Shown piece by piece: positions 8,377 to 15,984 of a stretch of DNA of 64,000 bases. This DNA is from an uncultured Opitutaceae bacterium. Its GTDB lineage: Bacteria > Verrucomicrobiota > Verrucomicrobiia > Opitutales > Opitutaceae. The translations under genes were made by a program, and so were the position numbers. The stretch is taken from assembly GCA_903952145.1 (NCBI GenBank), contig CAJBES010000242.1, positions 1,516-65,515 on the forward strand. Direction: 5' to 3'. Position 1 is the stretch's first letter, and each line of letters begins with the position of its first letter. The notes beneath the pieces were generated by a model. That model saw only the letters and a list, made by a program, of their open reading frames with translations. It ran no database searches and was not told the origin of the DNA.

Positions 8377-10878
8377 GTGCGCTCCCCCCGACCTTATTGG
8401 CACCATTTTGCGGTCAATATCATCTCGCCGGCCATCCTGACGTTTGCGCTCTTTCTCGTCGTAATCTTTGCGGTCATCCTGCCGACGATGCGCAAAAACA
8501 TCGTCGAGCGCAAAAAGGAGATGATTCGGGAGTTGACCCAGGCGGCCTGTAGCGAACTGGCCAGCCTGCACGAACAGGAGCAACGCGGGATCTTGGATCG
8601 GGCGGCCGCCCAGGCCGCGGCGGCCGGGCGCATCCAGGCCATGCGTTACGGCGACGATGGGAAAGACTACTTTTGGATCTCCGATGCCCAGACGCGCATG
8701 GTGATGCATCCTTATCGGCCGGAACTCAACGGCCAGAGTCTGCTGGAGTATTCCGACCCGGCGGGGAAGAAGCTTTTTGTCGAGTTCACCAAGATCGTCC
8801 GGGCGCAGGGCGATGGCTATGTGGAATACCGCTGGCAATGGAAGGACGACGAGCGGCGGGTGGTGCCCAAGCTTTCCTACGTGAAAGGCTTTGCCCCGTG
8901 GGGTTGGATTGTCGGAACCGGCATCTACCTGGAGGACGTGCGGGCGGAAATCAGCCAGATGATCCGCCGGGTACTGCAGGTGGCGCTGGCGATTTCCGGT
9001 GTCATTGCGGTGCTGCTGGCCTACATCGCCAAGCAGGGCCTCGACCTTGAGCGCCGCCGCTGGGCCGCCGAGACGGCCCTGCGCGAATCGGAGGAAAAAT
9101 ACCGGTTGCTGGTGGAGGGCACGACGGAGGGGGTGCTGCTGGTGCTGCAAGACCGGCCGGTCTATGCGAACCGCACCCTGCTTGACCGGCTGGGTTATTC
9201 GGCCCGGGAGATAGAGGAGCTGCCCTTGGAACGAATCATCGCCGCGGTCGCCACCGGCGGGCCGGCCTCGTCGGAGCAGCGGGCGCGCATCACCGCCAAG
9301 AGCGGCGAAGTCACGGAGGTGCTGCTGACTTCCGCATCGGTGACGATCGGCGACAAGCGCGGGCAAATTCTCACCGTCAAGGAAGTGGCCGCCCGCCGCA
9401 AGACCGAGGAGACGTTTGCCCGCCTGCTGGCCGACCTGCAAAGCATGCTGCCGCTGGCCACGCGCTCGATCAAGGCCTCGCCGCTCAGCCTCGTCGTGTG
9501 TGAGCTGGATACCCCGATCCACCAGGCGGCCGCGGCCATGAGCCGGGCGAAATCCAGCGCCATTCTGGTGAAAGCGCCGTCCGGGGAGGCCATCGGCATC
9601 GTGACCGATCAGGATTTCCGCTCCCGGGTGCTGGCGACGGGGCGGAACCCCGCCCTGCCCGTCTCGTCGATCATGAGCGCACCGCTGGTGCAGATCGGGG
9701 ATCGCGCCCTGCTGTTCGAAGCCGCACGGCTCCTGCAAGAGCGCAACCTGCAGCATCTCGTGGTGACCGATGAACGGGGCAACGCGCTCGGGGTCCTGAC
9801 GGCGACCGAGGTGCTGCACGTGCAGCGGCACGCGGTGGCGATGGTGCTCAACGAAATCCAGGGGGCGGCTGCGCCCGAGGAATTGCGTGACAGCCGCGCC
9901 AAGCTGCCGGTGTTTGTGAAAGCCCTGCTGGAGAGCGGGGCGCGCGTGGAGAGCATCACCCGGATCATGACCACGGTGTCGGACGCCGTTGTGGTGCGGT
10001 TGCTCGCACTGGCCGAGGCCGAACTCGGCCCCCCGCCCACGGCGTATGCGTTTGTGGCGCTGGGCAGCGAAGCCCGGGAGGAACAGACGCTGGCCACCGA
10101 TCAGGACAACGCCCTGATCTACGCGGACGTCCCCCCTGAGCGGAGCGAGGCGGTCCGGGCCTATTTCCTGCGGCTGGGCGAAAAGGTGTGCGGTTGGCTC
10201 GATCTGGTCGGCTACCATCGCTGCAAAGGCGAAGTCATGGCGTGCAACCCAAAATGGTGCCAGCCGCTGGCGCAGTGGCGGCAGTATTTCACCGACTGTG
10301 TCCTGGCGGCCAATCCGCAGGATCTGCTGGACGTGAATGTCTTTTTCGACTTCCGCTGCGCCCATGGCGAAGCCGCCTACGTGGTCCAGTTGCGCCAGCA
10401 CCTCCAGCGGATCCTCGAGGGCGAGGGCAAGCACACCTTTTTCTTCCACCTCGCGCAGAGCACGCTGCAATTCCGTCCGCCCCGGGGGTTTTTTGGCAAC
10501 ATCCAGCTGGAAGCAGCCGGTGAACGGCCGGCGGCCTTCAACATCAAGGCGGCCATCATTCCGCTGGTGAATTTCGCACGGATCTATGCCTTGCAGCACG
10601 GATTCGCCGAGACGAACACGCTCGATCGGCTGCGCCGGCTGCGCGACCAGGGCCGGCTGGTGCCGTCGAGCCACGACGAACTGGCGCAGGCCTACACCAC
10701 GTTGATGCTGATGCGGCTCAGACACCAGGCGGCGCAGTGGAATCGCGGCGCGATGCCCGACAACTTCATCGACCTGCAGGAACTCACGCAGCTCGATCAG
10801 TCGGTCCTGAAGAAGGTGTTTGCCGACATCACCGTCTTCCAGGCGCGCCTGGAGACCGACTTTGCCCGTACGGCGTGA
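8377..10878 (+). CDS. membrane sensor protein: TM - sCache_2 - TM - PAS - CBS pair - DUF294 putative nucleotidyltransferase plus DUF294_C
   Basis: GTG start. TM1 is FAVNIISPAILTFALFLVVIFAVIL. Cache block: RYGDDGKDYFWISDAQTRMVMHPYRPELNGQSL...GDGYVEYRWQWKDD...KLSYVKGFAPWGWIVGTGIYLEDV. TM2 is VLQVALAISGVIAVLLAYI. PAS block: SEEKYRLLVEGTTEGVLL. Two CBS repeats (GIVTDQDF..., LVVTDERGNALGVLTATEV). Pol-beta-type NTase motif: FVALGSEAREEQTLATDQDNALIY. Confidence 0.85.
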   Translation: MRSPRPYWHHFAVNIISPAILTFALFLVVIFAVILPTMRKNIVERKKEMIRELTQAACSELASLHEQEQRGILDRAAAQAAAAGRIQAMRYGDDGKDYFWISDAQTRMVMHPYRPELNGQSLLEYSDPAGKKLFVEFTKIVRAQGDGYVEYRWQWKDDERRVVPKLSYVKGFAPWGWIVGTGIYLEDVRAEISQMIRRVLQVALAISGVIAVLLAYIAKQGLDLERRRWAAETALRESEEKYRLLVEGTTEGVLLVLQDRPVYANRTLLDRLGYSAREIEELPLERIIAAVATGGPASSEQRARITAKSGEVTEVLLTSASVTIGDKRGQILTVKEVAARRKTEETFARLLADLQSMLPLATRSIKASPLSLVVCELDTPIHQAAAAMSRAKSSAILVKAPSGEAIGIVTDQDFRSRVLATGRNPALPVSSIMSAPLVQIGDRALLFEAARLLQERNLQHLVVTDERGNALGVLTATEVLHVQRHAVAMVLNEIQGAAAPEELRDSRAKLPVFVKALLESGARVESITRIMTTVSDAVVVRLLALAEAELGPPPTAYAFVALGSEAREEQTLATDQDNALIYADVPPERSEAVRAYFLRLGEKVCGWLDLVGYHRCKGEVMACNPKWCQPLAQWRQYFTDCVLAANPQDLLDVNVFFDFRCAHGEAAYVVQLRQHLQRILEGEGKHTFFFHLAQSTLQFRPPRGFFGNIQLEAAGERPAAFNIKAAIIPLVNFARIYALQHGFAETNTLDRLRRLRDQGRLVPSSHDELAQAYTTLMLMRLRHQAAQWNRGAMPDNFIDLQELTQLDQSVLKKVFADITVFQARLETDFARTA

Positions 10879-10930
10879 GGCCGGATGATGAAACGACAAG
10901 CGCTCCAAGCCCCGGCCAGGGATTGACCCG

Positions 10931-11728
10931 ATGCGTGTCCTGATCCTCGGCGATGTGCATGGCCAGCACGGGAAACTCGCCGCCGCGCTACGGCAGGCGC
11001 AGGCGGACTACCGGATCGAGGCCGCGATCCAGGTGGGCGATTTCGGTTTCTACAAAAACCTGCTGGGGGCTGCCAGTGCCGGGCGGGTCCGCTATCCCGT
11101 GCCGCTGCACGCGATCGACGGCAATCACGAGGATCATGCGTGGCTGCGCCGCGCACGGTTGACCGGAGCGGCGCACAGCTGGGCGCGCGAGCTCAATCTG
11201 ATCTACCAGCCCCGCCCCTCGGTGGCCGTGCTGGGGGCCGCCAAGGTCGGTTTCCTCGGCGGGGCTTTGCACGTGGACCGGCCGCAAAAACACAATTGGC
11301 TGGGCGGTTTCCCGAACTACATCCTGCGCCGCCACCGGGAGCAGGCCGTCACCTTGTTCAACCGGGAGCGCCCCGAGCTCATCGTGACGCATTCCTGTCC
11401 CGCCCGCATCGGCCTCGGGATGCAGAGCACTGCGGCAATGCAGCCCGGCGTGGCGGAACACATCGTCGCGGCGGGATTTGATCCCGGGCCGGCGGACGAT
11501 TGCGGCGAAGTGGAGTTGAGCCGGCTCTGGTGCGAACTCGCCTACAAACCGCGGGCCTGGGTCTTTGGCCATTTTCACCGAGCGCACGAAGCCGTGATCG
11601 AGGGCACGCGATTTGTGGGCGTGAGCGACGAGCTCGATGGCCCCCATCGCCGGCTGGCGATTTGGGACACCGAGGAAAAAAAACTACTGCTGTGCCCCGC
11701 CGACCCGAGCGCCGGGAACCCCGGGTAA
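10931..11728 (+). CDS. calcineurin-like metallophosphoesterase
   Basis: All metallophosphoesterase signature blocks are present: LGDVHG, VGDFG, IDGNHEDH, THSCP, GHFH. It lies 52 nt downstream of the DUF294 gene on the same strand. Confidence 0.85.
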   Translation: MRVLILGDVHGQHGKLAAALRQAQADYRIEAAIQVGDFGFYKNLLGAASAGRVRYPVPLHAIDGNHEDHAWLRRARLTGAAHSWARELNLIYQPRPSVAVLGAAKVGFLGGALHVDRPQKHNWLGGFPNYILRRHREQAVTLFNRERPELIVTHSCPARIGLGMQSTAAMQPGVAEHIVAAGFDPGPADDCGEVELSRLWCELAYKPRAWVFGHFHRAHEAVIEGTRFVGVSDELDGPHRRLAIWDTEEKKLLLCPADPSAGNPG

Positions 11729-11782
11729 TGCCCCGCCTCGCGGCGCGCCCTCCCCCTGGCAGGAGTTGCGCCGCGGATACTG

Positions 11783-13708
11783 TCAGCCCGCAACGCAAGC
11801 CGGCTTTGCTTCGGGCCGCGGGGTCAGCAGTGAGACCACCACGAGGACCAGGAAGCCGAGGGGGATGGTGACGATGGCGGGCTGGCTAAAGGGGACGATG
11901 GCGTTGGCAGGATCGAGGCCGTAAACGTCCTTGTAAGCCTGTGCGCTCAGGAGAATCCAGCCCAGCGAGGCGATCATGCCCACGGTGATGGCGGCGGTGA
12001 TGCCCTGTTTGGTGGTGCGTTTCCAGAAGAGCAGCATCACCAGGGCGGGGAGGTTGGCGGAAGCCGCGATGTTGAAGGCCCAGCCGACCAGGAAATTGAC
12101 ATTCATCTTCTGGAACATGATGCCCAGGCAGATGGCCAGCGCGCCCACGCACAGCGCCGCGATCTTGGCCGAGCGCACTTTTTGGAAATCGTCCATTTTG
12201 ATCTTCAAAAAGTTGGTCATGAGGTCATGCGCCACCGCGCCGCTCGCGGCCATGATCAGACCGCTCACCGTGCCGAGCACGGTGGTAAAGGCCACGGCCG
12301 AGAGCACCGCGAAGAGCAGTTCGTTCAGACTGCGGGCCAGCAGCGGCGCCGACATGTTGGAATCCGTGACATCCAGCGCACCGCTGGTCATCGCGCCGAG
12401 GCCAAGGAAGAGCGTCAGCACATAGAAAAAGCCGATGGCGGCGATGCCCACCACTGTGCTCTTGCGGGCGCTGAGTTGGTCCTTGACCGTATAATACCGG
12501 ATCAAAATGTGCGGGAGCGACGCCGTGCCGCAAAACAGTGCCAGCATGAGCGAGAGGAAATCGAGTTTGTCGAAGAATTTCTCACTGCGCACCTTCTTGA
12601 AGGTCGGACTGGAGCCGGGGGCCATGAAATCGCTGCCTGGCGTGGGCTTCTGGTAATACACCGTCGTCATGCTGCCGTCAGCCTCGGCAACCTTATCCGA
12701 GCCCCACAGGATGACTTCGCTGTCCTGCATGGTGGTGATAAACGAGACCGGATTGAGCGGACCGGTCTTTTCGACGCCACCCGGCAGCTTGGAGGCATAG
12801 CCCACCGGCAGCAGGTCCGCTTCGCCCACCCCTTTGCCCCGCGGCCGTCCGTTGGCCAGTTTGCGCCCGTCTAGCAGCACGGTCAGGGTCTGGGCTTCGG
12901 AGAGCAAAGCGCCTTCCTTGCGCCAGACCGTCACCACCCCGGCGGCATCCTGCACGCGGACATAGGGCTTCCCCTGCCACGGGCCTTCCTCGGAGAGCAC
13001 CGTGCTGCCGGCCGCGTCCGTGACGGTGGCCGCGGGCACGCCGTGCCGGAGGATCTGCACCTCCTTGCCGTTGGCGTCGGTGGGCTTGGTGGTCACGCCG
13101 CGGAACATGAGCATGACGGTAATGGCCGCGCACAGCGCGACCAGCAGGCTGCCTTTGATGAATTGGACCCACGTGGTCGAAACCATGCCGGCGGTTGCGA
13201 CAATCGTAGTGACGATCAAACCCACGACGATCACACCCACGTAATGCGGAAAGCCCAGCAGCGGTTGCACCAGGGCGCCAGCGCCGACCATCTGCGGGAT
13301 CAGGTAGAAGCAGCTGACCACCAGCGTGCTGATGGCCGCCGCCAACTTGATGCCGCGGGAGTTGAACTTGTTGTCCAGCGCGTCGGCAAAAGTGAAACGT
13401 CCGAGGCGTTTCAGCGGTTCGGCGATGATGAACAGCGCCACGATCCACCCGGCCAGGTAACCGATCGAGTAGAGGAAGCCGTCGTAGCCGAAGAACGCGA
13501 TCATGCCGCAGATGCCGAGGAAAGAGGCCGCCGACAGGTAGTCGCCGGCAAACGCGATGCCGTTGACAAACCAATGAATGCCGCCACCGGCGGCGAAGTA
13601 GCCGCTGGCGGACTTGGCCCGCGCCCCCAGGTAGAAGCTGATGCCGATGACCGACCCGGCGAAAAACAAGAAGACTAGGACGGCGATCCAAGAAGTTGCG
13701 TGAATCAT
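11783..13708 (-). CDS. actP: sodium:solute symporter family, cation/acetate symporter ActP-like, with a large inserted loop
   Basis: 641 aa. N-terminal GYFAAGGGIHWFVNGIAFAGDYLSAASFLGICGMIAFFGYDGFLYSIGY, plus GTASLPHILIRYYTV, match ActP motifs. A hydrophilic segment of about 180 aa (residues ~203-381) separates the TM bundles. Confidence 0.85.
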   Translation of the reverse strand: MIHATSWIAVLVFLFFAGSVIGISFYLGARAKSASGYFAAGGGIHWFVNGIAFAGDYLSAASFLGICGMIAFFGYDGFLYSIGYLAGWIVALFIIAEPLKRLGRFTFADALDNKFNSRGIKLAAAISTLVVSCFYLIPQMVGAGALVQPLLGFPHYVGVIVVGLIVTTIVATAGMVSTTWVQFIKGSLLVALCAAITVMLMFRGVTTKPTDANGKEVQILRHGVPAATVTDAAGSTVLSEEGPWQGKPYVRVQDAAGVVTVWRKEGALLSEAQTLTVLLDGRKLANGRPRGKGVGEADLLPVGYASKLPGGVEKTGPLNPVSFITTMQDSEVILWGSDKVAEADGSMTTVYYQKPTPGSDFMAPGSSPTFKKVRSEKFFDKLDFLSLMLALFCGTASLPHILIRYYTVKDQLSARKSTVVGIAAIGFFYVLTLFLGLGAMTSGALDVTDSNMSAPLLARSLNELLFAVLSAVAFTTVLGTVSGLIMAASGAVAHDLMTNFLKIKMDDFQKVRSAKIAALCVGALAICLGIMFQKMNVNFLVGWAFNIAASANLPALVMLLFWKRTTKQGITAAITVGMIASLGWILLSAQAYKDVYGLDPANAIVPFSQPAIVTIPLGFLVLVVVSLLTPRPEAKPACVAG

Positions 13709-13717
13709 GGTGGTTCC

Positions 13718-13987
13718 TTATTTCGATTTGCGGCAGAGACGCATGTAGACCAGCGCCAGCACGAGCGCGGCGGCGATCAACGCAAAACCATAGACGACCG
13801 CGAGGTTGGCGCCGCCGGCAAAGGGCTTGCGCATCACCTCCGGCCAGAAGGCGCTGAGCGCCATGAAGCCGCCGTAAAAAACCACATAGATGGCAAACAA
13901 AACCAGCCCGATGCGTGTGTTGTGCGCGACGACCATCGCATCTTCCTGTTCACGAATTACCGGAGTCTTGAAATCAAGTGAAGCCAT
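13718..13987 (-). CDS. DUF485 (YjcH-like) small inner-membrane protein
   Basis: 89 aa with two TM helices (IGLVLFAIYVVFYGGFMAL, LAVVYGFALIAAALVLALVY). Sits 9 nt upstream of actP, the canonical yjcH-actP arrangement. Confidence 0.85.
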   Translation of the reverse strand: MASLDFKTPVIREQEDAMVVAHNTRIGLVLFAIYVVFYGGFMALSAFWPEVMRKPFAGGANLAVVYGFALIAAALVLALVYMRLCRKSK

Positions 13988-14005
13988 GGGGGTATTTTTT
14001 TAGGG

Positions 14006-15442
14006 TTAGAACTTGTAGGTGATCCCGAATTGCTGGCGCCAGTCGGTGCCAGGTGCGTTCACCTTGTAAGTGGTCTCCAGCCAGGAAAGTTCGAACGCCA
14101 GCTGCACCTGCGCGTTAAGCGAATAATGCACGTTGCCGAAGACGAGGGTGTTCTTGGTGCGGGCGTCCTTGGTGGAATCCCCATTCCCGCTCAGATCGTC
14201 GTCGTCCGGATTGTCCAGACCGGCGCCGAGGTTGAACTGCCACAACGCGGAGGGAGTCAGTGTGACCGAGGCCCAGCCGCCGACAGTGTCGATTTCCCGG
14301 TTCAGGGTGAGGTTGACGCCCTGACCGATGCCGCCGAGGTGGGAGTCGAAATTGCGTCCTTGGAAAGCTTCGGCCTGCAACAGCAGCGTCGGGCTGAGCG
14401 GCAGGCGCAGGTCGGCATTGATCGACCAAGTCTCGAAGGTGTCACTCCCACCCAGATTGGTGCGATGAATCTCTTCGGACCCAAGGTGCCCCGAAACCCC
14501 GATGGTGGCCACCTGTTTGGGTGCGATCGGAAAACTCAGGCCGGCCCGGCCTGCGAACGTGGGATACCCGCCGTCGGCGCCGGTATCGGGGTCGTTGGCA
14601 GTCGCAAAGACCGCCTTGCGGCCGGTGATGGTGCGGCTGATGCCGCCGTCGAGTTTCAGATCCACGCCTTCATCGATGTCGATGCTCTTGACCAGTCGCA
14701 GTTGCGGCCGCCGGTAGCCGACGTTGCCCTGCCACCAGGCGACGCTGTAGTTGACGGTGGTCGGATTCAGGGGGGAGATGATGTCCGAGGTCTGACCTGC
14801 GATGAGGGCCAGCTTGCGCAACGGCCAGTCCATGCGCACAAAGGCGTGGCGCAGCATTGGTTCGGGTTTGTTTTCCGCGACGCCGGCCCCGTAGAAATCG
14901 ATCTCGATTTTGCCGGTGGCCTGAAAACTCGCAGTCGTGGGGCCGGTGGCGTCCACGCCCAGCCGGGTCTGGTTGGCGGTGAGGTTGAAGTGATGGTCGT
15001 TCATGAGCACACTTTCCGACTCCATCCAGCGCGCGAAATTGCCGAGCGAGGTCCGGGAATCGTCGAAGGCGGCATCCAGTTTCACGTAGCCGTAGAAATT
15101 GAGGTCCAGGCCGGAGCGCGCCGGCTGGCCCTTCAGACCGGCGAGCGACTTGAGCTTGGCGGTCTCGGCCTCCGTGAAGCCTGAAGCGGTGGCGGGCCGG
15201 GCGGAAGGGGCCGCGGGTGGCGTGGCGGATGCGACCGCGGTAGGACCGGCGGCAGGCGCCAGCATTTTCTTGATCGCGGCGAGGTCCCGCTCGACGCTTT
15301 CGAGTCGCTGCTGCAATTCGGCGTTCTGGCGCTTCAGCGCTTCTACGTCCTCTGTAGCGACCAGCGCCTTCGGGCCCAAGCCCAGGCCGATGGCAATGGC
15401 CAGCGTGAAAAAGACCGATCGCCTGGTTGTTTTCGAAGTCAT
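14006..15442 (-). CDS. outer-membrane porin with an N-terminal coiled coil (DcaP-like)
   Basis: Start chosen at MTSKTTRRSVFFTLAIAIGLGLG (signal-like). Then a coiled coil, EDVEALKRQNAELQQRLESVERDLAAIKKML, and a Pro/Ala linker. The rest is an alternating beta-strand pattern ending in FGITYKF (C-terminal Phe). Confidence 0.7.
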   Translation of the reverse strand: MTSKTTRRSVFFTLAIAIGLGLGPKALVATEDVEALKRQNAELQQRLESVERDLAAIKKMLAPAAGPTAVASATPPAAPSARPATASGFTEAETAKLKSLAGLKGQPARSGLDLNFYGYVKLDAAFDDSRTSLGNFARWMESESVLMNDHHFNLTANQTRLGVDATGPTTASFQATGKIEIDFYGAGVAENKPEPMLRHAFVRMDWPLRKLALIAGQTSDIISPLNPTTVNYSVAWWQGNVGYRRPQLRLVKSIDIDEGVDLKLDGGISRTITGRKAVFATANDPDTGADGGYPTFAGRAGLSFPIAPKQVATIGVSGHLGSEEIHRTNLGGSDTFETWSINADLRLPLSPTLLLQAEAFQGRNFDSHLGGIGQGVNLTLNREIDTVGGWASVTLTPSALWQFNLGAGLDNPDDDDLSGNGDSTKDARTKNTLVFGNVHYSLNAQVQLAFELSWLETTYKVNAPGTDWRQQFGITYKF

Positions 15443-15984
15443 GCTTTCCTTCCTTCTCGCGAGCTTTTTAGGGGGAACTGACGGGGTAAGATCCGCTAAG
15501 ACCGTGAAATACATTAGGTAAACGGCGGTTGGAGAACCGGATTCTGCCCGAGGGTGGCGCTATGAAGTGGCGCTAATGCAGTGTATTCGTTCGTGGCGGG
15601 CTTTGGATAGCTGGTTCATCCGCCTGCGGTGGCCGTGTCTTTTGGCCACCGCTCCCGGTATCACGGGAGAGCATCTGGCCTGACTCGAATATAGAGGATG
15701 CGGCGTGGCACTCCCTCGCAACGGTCCCCAAGGCTCCGACCTGGCCCAAGCCAAGTTGGCTGGAATGCCAGCACCCGAGGACCTGCGAGTGCGCTGCGGA
15801 TCATTGCCTCTATTTGCTGCCCGGCGAGGAGACGGCGCACTGCGTCACCTCGCTCCTGCGCCTCAACGAGCGCGGGCTGCCGTGTTTCCCGCACTACTCG
15901 CTGGTCGAAAGCCCGTGGGTGGATGGCCCACGGTCCGTGCCGTGCTCACGGATCAACGCACCTGCTCCCCGTCACGCCGCCGGG

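Noticed and set aside
8206-10908. 900-aa minus-strand ORF, together with similar long ORFs 6070..8085(-), 3633..5225(-), 15814..17547(+), 39031..41268(-), 48140..49732(-), 56693..58831(-), 60941..62263(-) and 31715..32893(+)
   Set aside because: Each is antisense to an ORF with clear family motifs. Each has the Arg/Gly/Ala/Pro-dominated, motif-free composition expected of stop-codon-poor antisense frames in GC-rich DNA.
11738-11775. CGCGGCGC...GCGCCGCG hairpin between the phosphoesterase and actP stops as a bidirectional terminator
   Set aside because: It has an 8-bp GC stem, but the loop is about 21 nt and there is no T-run on either strand. This is too weak to call.
15577-15984. Open, Cys-containing plus-strand frame (…WLECQHPRTCECAADHCLYLLPGEETAHCVTSLLRLNERGLPCFPHYSLVESPWVDG…) in the porin/malectin spacer
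   Set aside because: There is no ATG/GTG/TTG start before 15814, and the frame then merges into the antisense shadow of the malectin gene. No recognisable family. It is at most a decayed remnant.
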